Part shown: positions 1 to 13,067 of the stretch, piece after piece
Numbering within the stretch: the stretch's first letter is position 1
Layout: each line of letters starts with the position of its first letter
NCBI GenBank assembly: GCA_002633005.1
Contig: NMRA01000045.1
Location: forward strand, 985,552 to 1,049,551
Direction: 5' to 3'
Length of the DNA stretch: 64,000 nt
Origin: Phoronis australis
Lineage: Eukaryota; Animalia; Phoronida
Notes under the pieces: generated by a model
Database searches by the model: none
What the model was told of the DNA's origin: nothing
What the model saw: only the letters and a program-made list of their open reading frames with translations
Made by a program: the position numbers and the translations under genes

Positions 1-2909
1 TTGGCTAAATTTTAGCTAGGTCCTAGCGTTACTGAACGCACGCCCGGTTTTGGCCCATTAACAGATGACTCGGTTCTCTAAAACAAAATAATTTTCTGTA
101 ATCCTCGATAACCCTCAAAAGTTCAGAGGAACATTTGGAGACTAATATCAAGATCTGCTAAATGGTTAAGTGTGGCATACGCTTTTAGCGAAATACACGG
201 CAACTGTGAGTAAAGACCACCCACTAAGGACCTTTAATGTCGAATTAGAGAAATACGGGTTATGAGCTTTTAGTTGATTCCTCCTTTTGTTTTGAGATTG
301 ACGCCAATGATGCATTAACAGATGACAGAACGAGGACTGGTTGAAATCGTCAAACCGGGGCTTAGAATTCTTTTGAACTGGGAAATGACAAATTTGATAA
401 CTGAAAAAGCAGAACTATGTTGATGGCCAGCAGTTTGACACAAGTCGGAATCGCCAATCCTGACTTGAGCGGATTTCTTGCTTTTAAAAATGCCAGGGTG
501 GAAGTCTGGATGCACTCGCGTAAAACTGGGTAAACTTGTTCCTATTACAGACTAGCCAACTCGAATCTCTTGACTAGTGATTCGGGTAAAAAATTATTTT
601 AAGATTTGCAAGGATAGGCTGGCTTTCCAAACGAGGACACGGTGGTCACCTCAACAATATACTTGTCCATTTCAGTTTCTGCATTATGAAATAAGTGTTT
701 AGGATTTTTCGTATTGGCTTTCCAAAATTTTTACGTTGATTCCGCTCGGCACCTCAGCACATCTCTAGGGAAATTTTTGCGAGTAAGAGAAGCTATTGAA
801 ACCAAGCACACTAGTTATCAAAACCACAAATGGTCACTTGGCGTTGGTTTTGATGCCCGAGATGATGAATTAATGTGGTGTGTTTTTTGACTGAACATAA
901 ACTCATTTATAGGAAACGCTGACCAGGGTAGTTTCGTAAACGCAAATCTCTCACGAAGTCTTACAAATTCTTGCTTTTCTCGAAAGAAAATAGGTCTTCG
1001 GAACTGACGCTGGATGTCAAAAAATAATCTAAGCTGGTGATGACGTGCGAAGTAAATGATCAATGACGTCACAATCCGTGTGCTCCGCATGTGGTAGTTT
1101 ACAGTAAATGCGCATCACTGAAATTGTACATCACTTACTATAAATTGAGAACCTGCCGGAGAGGGGCCATGGTGATAGCATCAATTACTGCTCATTTTTG
1201 AAACTACACATGATTTCATATTTAGAAGCCCCTGCCCTTCGGGGAGGGGGGTCGTTGGTCTATTGGCACCAGGATTTCTTGTCTTGACCTATTCCCCTTC
1301 CTCACTGTTCATCGGATCGGGGGCGCAACAATGGAATCGATTAAACTGTTCTTTCCCGTTTTTTTTTTGAAATCATACAACTTACAAGGTATTGGAGGGC
1401 GATTCTTTTTTAGTTTTTACATGGCCTTTCGTATTAGTGGGCGGTATCCTCTCTTTGGAATACGGCCCTCAGTGCCCTTCGCACCAGCCCCTCCTACAAT
1501 CCAGTACTGATCTGATAACAAATCTCGAAGTCGAGAAAGCCGCAGAACATGTTCATGTGAAACTCAACACCATCAAGGGGTGTAGCACAACCAAGAATAT
1601 GGCATTGTAAAAATGGCCGTCAGCGGAAGTTAGAACAACTTTGAGACGGCATTTTATGAATTAGAGAAAGACGACATTAAGGTAATTCCAGTGCAAGGTT
1701 CCTTCTGTCTCAATGTTCACGTATCGACTGACTCAGTGGAGATTTTTCGACAATCACAAGCTAATGTAAAATGCTTCGATGAACGTGGGTGCAGGCTGAA
1801 ATTTGGGAAAACCTTTTTCACCCACGACTCCCACTTGGTATGATTTTTGGCAATCTTAACACACATCATACGCTGGCATAGGCAGAAGCCAGTATTCAAC
1901 AGGTAATCTAACGAGATTGTTTACAAGCGGGGGGGGGGTTGAAGTTAATGGCAAACTGTGATGTTACTTCCCAAAGAACGGGGCGGCGGGCAAACGTTGA
2001 CAAATGAAAGGAGTTTCAACCTGGAGTGGGCCGTTTTTTGCAATGAACAGGAAGTGCCGAAATAGACGAATCCGTTACCTAAGTTTCCGTGACGATGTTC
2101 CACGGTGATGCTATAGTACCCGTATTTATCCGGATTTCGTAGCCGCAGTAAGAGTTTCTTCGGTTACTTTTATAAAAATGTGCTTTTGGCATTACATTCT
2201 GTATGGTATCTTGATACATCGAATTTCATAAAAATATTCCCCTAGTGGTCAAAGTCATGAAATAAGCGTGTAACGCGCGTAACGTGTTCAAGTAGGCCTA
2301 TAAGCTTGAAACGTGGTACCCAACTTTCTGGAGATTGCCTCCGAACACTAGAAAAATCCGCGTGCCTACGGCATGGGGGCGATAAGAAATTGGCGATGGC
2401 TGATCAATAGGGAAAGGTTGGGGGGGGGGGCGTGGTGACAATAGNCGGGTATACGAAATATGGAACCAGGGTATTGCAAAAGATTTGCGAATACGAATTA
2501 GTTTGTGCACACCCATCTGTTTACCTTTAGTTACGTGCATGTGTTGAGCCAGAGAATAATAAAAAGGGATTTTAGTTATTATCTCTTAAATTTGAAAGTA
2601 AATACCAAAAAGAACAGGGTCAGTTAACTCAGAAAGTCTCCAAATAATTAGAAAATCAACTGTCAGTAAACGGGCAGTTTCAGCTAACACGAGACAGTGC
2701 CGTGCATAGCGGCCGGAACTAGGCTAACGTATGGACTGCCGCGTTGCATACTAGGCGGACATTCGGGAAAAAAAATCTCCCAAGCCTTCGGGAGGCATCG
2801 TCAGGCAGTACAAGCGAAGCACGTGATCACACCAGTGTTACCGTCTGAGAGCGTGTCCTGCTTTCACGGAACTCGATGTCACTAATCTTGCTTAAAAATT
2901 AAGGAAACG

Positions 2910-3204
2910 GCCTCCCGTTCAGTAACGCTAGTACCTCGCTAAAAAGCAAGACTTCGCGAGATTACGTGAGATATTGCTGTGTAAGAACACATGACTTTGG
3001 CTTGATTTTAGCTAGGTCCTAGCGTAGGTCCTAGAGTTACTGAACGCACGCCTGGCGTGCGTTCAGTAGACGCTAGGACCTACGCTGGGACCTAGCTAAT
3101 CTAGTCAAAGTCAGGTGTTCTAATTTAAAATACACAGCAATATCTCACGTAATCTCGTGAACTCTTGCTTTTTAGCGAGGCCCTAGCGTTACTGAACGGG
3201 AGGC
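2910..3204. mobile_element. Two ~145-bp MITE copies fused head-to-head into a ~295-bp palindrome
   Basis: GCCTCCCGTTCAGTAACGCTAG at 2910 is mirrored by CTAGCGTTACTGAACGGGAGGC ending at 3204; centre GCACGCC-T-GGCGTGC near 3053. Same family at 1-48, 18431-18730 and ~52659-52720. Confidence 0.8.
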
Positions 3205-3388
3205 TGTACTGCTGGTTCCTGGCTTAGGGAATACAGGTACTGATAAACGTCTTCAGGAGTCGAACCTGTCGAAGGGGTCTCGTTGCAATCAAGTGAATGG
3301 TTATATCGAGGTTAATTACAGTGTTTTCAAAATTTTCGGTAAATGTTCTAAAATCCTTATTTGTGATACCTTGCTGGTTGTGATGTCG

Positions 3389-3401
3389 GTAACATAGCAA
3401 C
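3389..3401. promoter_or_regulatory. Candidate RFX X-box upstream of the first intronless gene
   Basis: GTAACATAGCAAC fits the X-box consensus. Several forkhead-like TGTTT/AAACA motifs at 3460-3670. A putative 5'UTR donor (ATG|GTAAGT) lies near 3917 and an acceptor (TTTTCAG) at 4771. Confidence 0.3.
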
Positions 3402-5106
3402 ACACATGACTACTACAGTTGAGCATACATTCACGTAAAGCATATCAACACACCGTAAGATGAGTTTGTTTGCAAACACAACACATTGCTTTGGTCAGTT
3501 TCATTCATGCTACTTAGGTAGAACGATACGGTGCTTATCTAATGAGGCATGACATTGAGAAATCAAGTTTGTTTTCGCGTTTACACAGCGCTGTTTTCGT
3601 GTTAACTACCTTTAAACACACAAGGTGTACATTTGTGCGTGCGTAAAGCAAACAATTTACTTCGTTTGTTCACTCGTGCGCTTAATGGATAGCGGAAATT
3701 TGTCGGATTTGAGCGCTGAATCTAACATTAATGAATACATGGAATCTAGTAACGAGAAAACATTGCTATTACAATCGCAGTAAAATCCTTCGATTTATAT
3801 TCAATTCACCAGACAATGAAATCTCATAGGTCGGCTTTGTAGTTACACACTCACTGCGTCAGTGACAGTCGATCACGTTACTATGTAGGACTACAGAACT
3901 GGCCACCTGTTCAGATGGTAAGTGTTCAAATTTTGCTTTTAAGATGAAGCAGTAACTGTTCAGTTGAACCAATTTGACACTTTAAGGAATAAAAAAATAG
4001 TTGTTGGAAATGGTTGAAATACTTTTACAAACCCAATGATGATGTGCTGGAACGGCCCCCAAATAATGACGACCTTTGAATGATAGAATTTTTGAAAGGT
4101 TTTCACAGCTTGGAAAAAACGGATGCCCGGTATTTAAAATCATTTGCTGAATGAAAGCAGTGGGCTTACGAAAAAAGTCTATATTACCGTGGCTTTAGTT
4201 TGCCCCACATACCATCATCTGAAAAATTCTCAGTGACCACATTTTCATATGTCAACGAGTGTAGTGAACAATGAATATTAACTGAATTTACCCGCATTGA
4301 ATTTTATGTAAAGCGTAGACTCTGAATATTTTAGTACATATGTTGAAATGTTTCTGACATTATCAATTGTATATGCGAAAGTCACATTGTATAATGGTTG
4401 TGTGTGTGAATCCGATAAAATGTCACTATTTCAATATTACAAAAAAAAATAAAACCTTTTCGACGTTCTTTGTGCATGAAAAACTCATACACGTGCGCAA
4501 CGCTTATTTGTATATTTTTTATGGACATCAGAAAGGTAAAATGCTCTCTCTGTGATGTAAGTCATGCAAGTCATAAAAAAATTGTAAGATATTTTTATTG
4601 TCATTTACTTGCGTTGAAACTGAAAGCATATCGGTCATTTTCAATTCAGGAATTTCTATTTCTAGGTAGTACCTTATTGATGAAAGCTTAGTGTTACTGA
4701 ATTAAATTATTTTGTGAAAGCATTTTAAATTCCATATTTTCTGTGCGTATTAAGGACTGTCACATTTTCAGACTGAAAGCATTCGACGCCAATTCGTGCA
4801 AGTTAGAGGTGACACTTCAACGGACACTTGGGCTCAGCATGCGGATGTGGGTGCCGGTGTAGGTTTTATCGACAAGGACTGTACCTGGCAATGAAGTGCT
4901 ACTCTAGTGTTTGTTGTTTGCACTTCTCGCTGAACGACCGCTTGAAGAGAATGCTTTCAATAGTTAAGGTTACTGAGTAAACTATTGGGGTAGATTGAAA
5001 TAACGCCAAAGTTCGGTCAATCTTATTTGACAGAATATTCTTGTAAGGATATTTCTGGTGTTCTTAAAAAGGCATTGTGGTATTGTATCACTTGACGTCT
5101 GTAAAA

Positions 5107-6708
5107 ATGGTTTCAAAGACGGTGTCTCCAACGTTTCGATCAGAAAAGCTATTGATAGCAGAGCGAAAGAATAAGATGGAAGCGATAAAGTATGAGATTG
5201 CTAAAAAACTAATGGAGAAGGAGGAATACCAAGCAACGTATCTGATAAACAAAGAGAAAAGACAATTGACGTCTCAAGCTGCCCTTATGTTTAAGACGAC
5301 AGGGTACAGTTCTGAAGGAGTTCCAACGGAAAAAGGTGAGGATTATACCGCTAAGATTGGTTGCAGGTTTGCTGTGAAGCGTCTGACGGAATGGAAACGC
5401 CTGGAAGAGACGCTACAAAAATTCATGCAAAAGAGCGAGTTGGGTATGGCTGACGGCTCGAAATCTGTGAATGCTCTATTCCCAAGGAGCACTGATGCTT
5501 TCATAGTAGACACAATTGAAAATGCAACGAGTCACATCGACAACCACGGTGTGTCACAAAACGCACAGGATGGGCCTACAGGAGAGAAGCAGCTCGAAAC
5601 TCCACGTGGTAACTGTGTGACTGAAGTGATAGATGTGTTTAGCTCTTTGCGAGATGCTTCAGTGAAGCTAAGAAGACGGAACTCGAACGAAAACTTAACA
5701 TTTAGCACGAACGTTTGGGAGAGAGCTGTTCTTGACCAATATAAGAACCGAGTGAATGTTGCTAGTACACAATCCATTATAGTTCCGCTGGACCAAAGTT
5801 GTGTAGATAAGAAATCACGTATTATGTCGGCTTCAGCCATTCTCAGGGCCCGACATGCAAATGACGAACCAGGGCCCAGTCCCCAGGAGTTTCCCAAGAC
5901 TTCACTACTTCCTGAAAAGCACACGTTCAAGCAGCAGACTATTCGAGCTACATCGAAACAGCAGACGATTCGAGCTACGTCAGCAAACAACCCTCCGCAC
6001 AAAAGAAAACGCTTGCTTGCTCGCGTTGATAAAACGAGACCAGTTTCAGCTCATGAACGAAAGTTTCACGGTTTTGGTAAAAGTATGGTTGCTCGACATT
6101 CTTTCAGTGGCACCTCACTTTCCTCAAAACGGAATGCTAATTCGAACGAGAAGGTTCCGAAACTAATTGCACCTGTCGTCTCCGGCGATGATACCAAGTC
6201 GGGAACTGTAGAAAAACAAAAAGGAAAAGAAGAGTTAACCAACAATTGTCTGCTTAAACCTCAAAAACAAACCTTTAAAACTACCGGCTTTGCCTCTTCC
6301 GAACCCACGTTGTCAAACATCTTAAGATCCTCTCACGATCCCTGTTCGAGTGTTCCCTCTTTTCCCACACCAATTATCAAAACAGAAGCGGAAGACTGTG
6401 TGGTTATGGAGCAGGATGATGTGCCGGAACAAGATAATCAAATCCAAGAACGCCCAAAATCAAGCCACTGGAAACGAGAGCTCCTTGTCGACGCGCCTTT
6501 AGGTTTGAAAAGTACTACTAATAACCCTCGTGGAACTGTTGCGATGTCTAAAATCTCGAGACGAAAAACGATGCAAACTATGATGAAAAACAACACGGAG
6601 AGTAACGAAAAACTGGCGAAGGAGGAGAGAATGCGCCGAATAAACAAGAAACTTACAGCCATATTGATGTTTGCGCGGCTTGCTACCAATAATTTGGAGG
6701 ACACTTAG
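5107..6708 (+). CDS. Uncharacterised coiled-coil/disordered protein (~533 aa), single coding exon; paralog of 13068-15671
   Basis: Uninterrupted 1.6-kb ORF, first ATG at 5107 (AAAATGG), AATAAA at 6746. Shares three blocks with the downstream ORF. Contains an internal 27-bp duplication KQQTIRATS x2. Confidence 0.85.
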   Translation: MVSKTVSPTFRSEKLLIAERKNKMEAIKYEIAKKLMEKEEYQATYLINKEKRQLTSQAALMFKTTGYSSEGVPTEKGEDYTAKIGCRFAVKRLTEWKRLEETLQKFMQKSELGMADGSKSVNALFPRSTDAFIVDTIENATSHIDNHGVSQNAQDGPTGEKQLETPRGNCVTEVIDVFSSLRDASVKLRRRNSNENLTFSTNVWERAVLDQYKNRVNVASTQSIIVPLDQSCVDKKSRIMSASAILRARHANDEPGPSPQEFPKTSLLPEKHTFKQQTIRATSKQQTIRATSANNPPHKRKRLLARVDKTRPVSAHERKFHGFGKSMVARHSFSGTSLSSKRNANSNEKVPKLIAPVVSGDDTKSGTVEKQKGKEELTNNCLLKPQKQTFKTTGFASSEPTLSNILRSSHDPCSSVPSFPTPIIKTEAEDCVVMEQDDVPEQDNQIQERPKSSHWKRELLVDAPLGLKSTTNNPRGTVAMSKISRRKTMQTMMKNNTESNEKLAKEERMRRINKKLTAILMFARLATNNLEDT

Positions 6709-7126
6709 ACTAGTTGAAATGAAAGAAATTAAAGTACATGAACAGAATAAAATTTGAATTTTGATAACATGGATGATTATTTTGCCATTAAATTTTGGGA
6801 GCAAGCGACGTCGTGTTTATAACGATTGAAACTGAGATCCTTTGAGTGGAACTCTTAATTATATCTTGAAATGTGAAGCTTGGAACTTGGATAGGAGGCA
6901 TTTGCCTTTGAATAGGTGGTCCGCGTCCAAAAAGACGAAGTCCTCAGTGGCGGATCTAAGATATCACAAGGGGGGGGCAACATTTTGTCTGTAAACATTT
7001 GTACAAACACGAGTGTAGATGCGCATAGCACCTAATGGGGGGAGGTCGGGCACATTTTTCTGTTTTGTCCTCTAAAAATCAAGCATTTTCCTTGATTCCT
7101 AAAGTATTATCCAAGAAAAAAAAGCA

Positions 7127-7217
7127 CGAAGAACGTGTCAAACTGTAATTACCAAGGACTCGAACTGAAGACCTGGCGAACAGAGCGCGCGTGCTTTACC
7201 ACTGCACCACTACGACT
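7127..7217 (-). mobile_element. tRNA-derived SINE head
   Basis: The minus strand carries an A-box TGGTGCAGTGG (7199-7209) and a B-box GTTCGAGTCC (7156-7165) without an intact cloverleaf. Confidence 0.5.
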
Positions 7218-7259
7218 TCACTCGTTACTTGATTCTAAGAGACCTACTTGTTTATGGTA

Positions 7260-8127
7260 CACAACGTTTGCGCGGGAAACCTACTTCTATTTGTAATGCT
7301 TATTACACTTTTTATATTTTGTGCAGTCAGTTTGTAACAAATTTGTTGTATTTAAAATAGTCTTCAATTGCCCAAAAGACCAAATCCGTTTTTTTTGTTG
7401 GCATTAATGCATTAATGACGCGATTGCTTTGGAAGTTGTCTTAAGTTAAGGTTTGACAACGAGAGAATTATGAGTTTCTGAGTAATTCACTGAGGCTTCG
7501 ATTAAAAAAATTCACATCTTACCAGTAGCTTCTGTTTTTTCATCGTCACTCAGATTCCATTTTCTTTAAAAAATTAAGTAAATTTTTTTCATTGCACAGT
7601 GAAGCAGACGACGGAAACGGAGTTGTAGTGCGCAGCGCCACTGCCGGTCGTCTGGGATATCGCGGGAGAGCCTATTCTTAGCCATAGTTCCGTTNACAAC
7701 GTTTGCGCGGGAAACCTACTTCTATTTGTAATGCTTATTACACTTTTTATATTTTGTGCAGTCAGTTTGTAACAAATTTGTTGTATTTAAAATAGTCTTC
7801 AATTGCCCAAAAGACCAAATCCGTTTTTTGTGTTGGCATTAATGCATTAATGACGCGATTGCTTTGGAAGTTGTCTTAAGTTAAGGTTTGACAACGAGAG
7901 AATTATGAGTTTCTGAGTAATTCACTGAGGCTTCGATTAAAATTCACATCTTACCAGTAGCTTCTGTTTTTTCATCGTCACTCAGATTCCATTTTCTTTA
8001 AAAAATTAAGTAAATTTTTTTTCATTGCACAGTGAAGCAGACGACGGAAACGGAGTTGTAGTGCGCAGCGCCACTGCCGGTCGTCTGGGATATCGCGGGA
8101 GAGCCTATTCTTAGCCATAGTTCCGTT
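7260..8127. repeat. Near-identical ~434-bp tandem duplication split by a single N (probable assembly artefact)
   Basis: 7261-7694 is repeated at 7696-8127 with only a few differences; the N at 7695 sits exactly at the junction. Confidence 0.8.
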
Positions 8128-8473
8128 TATTGCGCCGCGTTCCGAATTTGACACTTGAAATTGAATCTGACCCACCCCCCCCCCCCAAACATACTAAAAC
8201 TGCACACATTTAAATCTTGTTTCAGCTGTATAATGTTAATTACCGGGGTTAATTAATAAACTCAACATTTCCTTACGCTCTTGCTGTTTTAGTTTTTGTG
8301 GCAGCCTATGGTCCTGACTTGAGATTAGACAGCAGTGTACTGTGAATAACAAGACCGGTGTTATTACAAACTTACAATAAATATCAATTGTGGAAGAGGA
8401 TATCGTGTGCCAGAGCAACTGCCGGAATAATACTTTAGTTGAAGCATACTTTTACATTTTCCGGATCCGAAAC

Positions 8474-8669
8474 CATGCGCGCACACAGCCTAAAAACGGT
8501 TTGGGGGGGCTCGAAGTTTTTTACTAAAGAAAAACGTGTATGTTCGGAGCTATGAATTCTGCATTCGCCGAACTGTGGTAGTTTTCTACTTGTACAGACT
8601 TTTTGCTTCTCTGAGCCGGACCTTTTTGACCACTTCGCCCCCGAGCCCCCCTCCCCGGGAGCGTGCATG
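8474..8669. mobile_element. CATG-terminal MITE with 5-bp TSD (GAAAC)
   Basis: GAAAC|CATGCGCGCAC...GCGTGCATG|GAAAC; related copies at 27586, 33398 and 36912. Confidence 0.7.
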
Positions 8670-9302
8670 GAAACAATGTTATAAATACAACTAAACTCCT
8701 TAGTTTTTCGTGCAGGCCGCTATTGTATTGCGTCGGAAAATTGTGAAATCTGGCAAAGATACATATTAATTGGTTAGTATTTCAATGGCAATTAAAACGG
8801 CCACAACACCGTGCTTTATCGATTTTAACTCATACTTATTATCTGGTGTTTAATTCCTAGAACTAGCTGTAACTTTGATGTCGCTACTGGAAAGATTCGT
8901 TATTGAGCCCGAGGTCTAGGTCTTTTTGATCGAAATCGAATTTGAGAGTACTTTCAACATATTCCATTCTTCTTTAGCACAGCGCAAAATAAGTGAATAA
9001 CTGTGAAATCCTATTTTGCACTAGGTGACCCCAGAGTTAAAGGTCTGAGTCCCATTCCAAAAAAACTGACTTAGCTAAGACAAATCTTAAATTTTAGTAA
9101 ATTTTAAAATGAATGTTAAATTTGTCTCAGTGTTTGACAAAAGTTTGGTCTTAATTTTGATTAACTTGTCGAATGTGGAAGTTTCAAAGTTTGGAAGTTA
9201 AGACAAATCTTTAACTTAAGTCAAATATGAACTTAAGTCAGTTCTTTGAAATTTTTTAGTGATTTGTAACGTACTCTCGTTCATCAGTGAAAATTATTCT
9301 TT

Positions 9303-9862
9303 TCACACCAGTGGCTGAATATTGGTCATGCAAGTATCGGCAGCGAATTTTTCTTTTCCTTTTAACATTTTGATCTCTCTTTTTGCCATTCTTTGCATAG
9401 AAGACTTGCTCATTTGTAAATTGCTTTCGACTTCTCTCAGTGATTTGTGATTCACCGGGTTGTTCTCCTGGGATTGAATCAGTTCTTCAACACGATCCTC
9501 GTTTTCTTTCGAACATGTTGTCTTGGGTCTCCCAATACCACTTTTACGCATTCAAAGTCATTTTTACCAACCGGAATATTGGACAAAACTGGTTTGGATA
9601 CAGGCTTGACAATAAAAAACAATAAACTTGAGACCTGACCGATGCCAGCGTTGCATGAACACGAAAGCCATTATGATATTGCATTTTTCGCCCTGCTGTA
9701 TTGAATTTCACAAAGCTTCCATAATTTTACATATTTCTCTGAGATACTCTGTAGATTTGTTGGTGACACCCTGGAAATACATTGTGAAAAATTTGAACGA
9801 ATTGGGTTGGTCATTTGCCCAGTTTACTTGTCAAAAATTGGCTCACATTTTGGGGACACCTG
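9303..9862 (-). mobile_element. Tc1/mariner transposase N-terminal (HTH) remnant with terminal repeat
   Basis: Minus-strand peptide RKSGIGRPKTTCSKENEDRVEELI...SLREVESNLQMSKSSMQR contains a GRPK motif and second HTH. TIR-like TTTTGGGGACACCTG at ~9848-9862; a similar terminus occurs at ~39941-39959. Confidence 0.7.
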
Positions 9863-10429
9863 TTATAAACACACACGTTTTTTATCAATGACCTACCTAG
9901 AAAAATGTCCAATTTTGGCCAACTTCGAAACATCGTATCTCAAAAATAGCCGATCGGATTCATATAAAACTTTCAGATACTTTGCTTAATGCATAATTCT
10001 CCTAATGAAAACGCTGTGAGAAATTGTTTTAAAATGTACCACTTTTGCATGAACTATGAAAAAATACTAATTGCATGATTTTCATGAAATTTACATCATA
10101 AGAAATTTGATCATGCTGTTCATCATGTTGTTTCGCTATGAATGTTCCCAAGTTCCTTTTCGCTAAATGTTCCTAAAAAGCAAGGTCACGTGATCTAATT
10201 AGTGGAAAATTGGTATAAAGGCAAAAATCAAATTCTACAGAATTTCTACTTTCAGAAAATATATAATTTTGTTGAGTTAAATTCTATAGTTTGGCTAAAT
10301 GTATAGACTGGCCGGCAAGGTCCTACATAACCTTAGATAAAAATTTATACAAGCACATTTGCTCATTCAGTCAATATGTTTTTTCTTGTTTGATAAGCAA
10401 AATAGACATACTTGTTACGGCCACATACC

Positions 10430-11420
10430 GATATAACTGTAGCCGCTAACTGGAGCGTTTCCACTGAACTTATCTTAGGAGACATGACTTGAGCTCATTA
10501 TATCCTTTGCATATAAACATGAAATGATACTCATCTTGCACAAGGTATGTCATGGCAGATCAAATAATCAAAATCTCACGTGAAGTGCTATTTTATCGAG
10601 ACTGCCCACTTCTATTTGTAGTCTGTGATTGGAGTCGCGTAACATGTCATAAACCGCTGATTAGCGTATCTAGTTGGTGGCCAATATTTTAAACATGTGA
10701 CACAATACTTCGTATAGAGCGGATAGATTCCGTATTCATCCAATACAGCTGATTTTGAGCAAGAGCTTCCAAGTCCAAGAACAAAATTTTAACATATACA
10801 TTTTCCAGCAACTCATAGATGCGATATTAGACTTCTGCACCGTAGCACGTAGCTGACGGAGCAATTTTAACAAACAGGTCTCGTAATGGACTCAATGGAA
10901 GTTCCTTGCACAGGTTCTGCCTTAACGCTTTATTTATGTAACTCAAGTGTTCTGACGAGGTTTTTTCAGCCCTTAAATTCAAATATAACCTGCACAGTGA
11001 CTTCGCATTTTGAGCTGTCACGCTCAATATTTGACCGTTTGTATTAATTGTGACTACAGTGGTCTCAGTCCGTAAACCACCGTGGCAGTCATATTTTTTA
11101 GTCTAGTGCCCACTGCAGTCTGTATCTTACTGATGTTAGTGAAATTATTGCTTAACTATGATCTAATAATAATCATGAAAAAATAACCAAGACCAAACGA
11201 GTTTTTGGTTTCCCTTTCGGGACTGAACAGTGCAACTTTCTGCGCTGCGCCGTTCCCAACGCTCTTAATCTTAATCCTGGTGAGATCATTAACTTATGGG
11301 TGGTGCTTTACTTCAAATAATTTAATTGCACACATCTGCTTTGTGCTTAACTTCATGTTAGTATTTCCGACTGGGCCCTCTTGGATATCAGCGGATTCTC
11401 TAAAGTTGTTAACCTGTCGA
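10430..11420 (-). mobile_element. Highly decayed non-LTR retrotransposon (RT C-terminal region)
   Basis: Frameshifted DLFVKIAPSATCYGAEV*...LENVYVK...YGIYPLY, matching the LF..(V)PI..YG.EVW...G.YPL motif of LINE ORF2. Boundaries approximate. Confidence 0.5.
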
Positions 11421-13067
11421 AATAAGTAAATAGCATACGAAGCGCTTTGACCTACGGACCTGGCCGATCTTAATCGTTCTCAGCTTACTTGGGAGCACAC
11501 GCTGGGTGAAACGTTTTTGTCACACCGATTAATCTACACATACAATTTTGTAAAAATTTCAAGCACTAAAGCGGAAAACTAACCAAGACCTGCGAAGTAA
11601 TTGACAATGCGATGTGACTGCGAGTTTCGAGGGGGTGAAATAATGCAGGCGAGCCATTCTTTTTCTTTAGTAGCGAGACGCAACTTTCAACACGAGTCAG
11701 GGCGCAGACTAGCGCCAGCTCTGGTATATGATATTAAAATATTACGAACGTTATTGATAAAATGCAGTGCTTGAAATGTCACTGTGAATGGAAAACCAAA
11801 AAATGCCCATGACTCGATCACAAGTCAGAAAGACTCCTTGTTCTCGTCTCATTCTTGTACAACTTACATGTAAAGTGTGTGACACGTCAGAATCCTTGTG
11901 TTCTGCCATTTAAACTGATTTTGAACTGTTTGGAATTGAAACTAGATAGTAATTTACGAGTTTCTACAAAATTTTCATTTTTTTCACAAACGCGTTGAGG
12001 ACATTGGCATTTCATTGCCAATCGGTTTCGGGAACACCGATTAAAAATTTCGGACCGTAATTATTATTAGAGAATGCATGGACACGCAGCTACGGAATTT
12101 TTGTACCTCTATCAAAGATCATTATTTATGTCGATGTATAACTTCCCACGCTTGAAACGTGTTAAAACATTTTTGCTTTATAGTCGTGACGTCATAAAGA
12201 TGAAACGGTGATGTGACATCAGTCTACCGGTTCGTATTTTCTTTGTAACTGACATTTCGACATCAAACAGGGCGGCTATCATGATTTTATTTAACAATTT
12301 GCCAAAATTCCTTATTATCATTCACTAAAAAGAATTATTGGATTAAGAATAAATTCATGGACAGAACAAACGTAAACACACTTTTCAGTTAAACTTTGAC
12401 AAAGTTGAGAAGAGCCTATTAGTTGCGGGCGTACTCATGAATTTTACGTGGGTTTGGATTAACATTAACGGCGGCACTTTTGAGTTATCAAGCTGAAAAC
12501 GTATTTCTGAATTTTCGGGGTTCAAAACTTTGAAGTAATCAACCAAAGTATAATCTAAACAGAAATATGAGAAAGGATGGTAGAGCTCTCCGTTCACACA
12601 GGTAAGCATTTTAAGCCGGCACGTACATCTCCGAAGAAGGTGTCGTTTTTGTTTGGACAGTAGGACGGATTGGGTATTTTGACATTTTGTATTCACGGAG
12701 TAGTTTCAAACTATAGAGTGCTATCCACTTCTGTGGGAGGAATGTAGCCGAAGACCTATCGTGGAGATTCTCCACAATCCACACTAACACCATGTGACCC
12801 GGGTTGCTGCAAGGTGCTCCAGAACATTTTGACCATGAACGAATGAGCGTTCTCAAACAGAAGAATGTTATGTTTCCAGCTAGAATTAGGATCTTATGTA
12901 ACCGTTCATTCAGAAGTGACCCTAAAACACTACGTCGTGTTTTGTAGAGATTTTCAAAAAGGCACAATTACATAAAGTAGACGTGTTAAAACAATCCGAC
13001 ATGAGGCGAAATATGTCAGAGCTTTTGATGGCTTGATTTTACCACATCCCGGGGCAAGCAAATCGCT

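Noticed and set aside
5532-6804. Antisense and alternate-frame ORFs over the long CDS (also 13211-14652, 37861-38256, 63283-63597)
   Set aside because: Shadow ORFs of real coding or TE sequence.
7127-7217. Functional tRNA gene
   Set aside because: A and B boxes are present but the acceptor and anticodon stems do not pair convincingly; SINE-like.
7260-8127. 434-bp tandem duplication as a biological repeat
   Set aside because: Near-identical copies meet exactly at a single N, the usual signature of an overlap/gap-join artefact.
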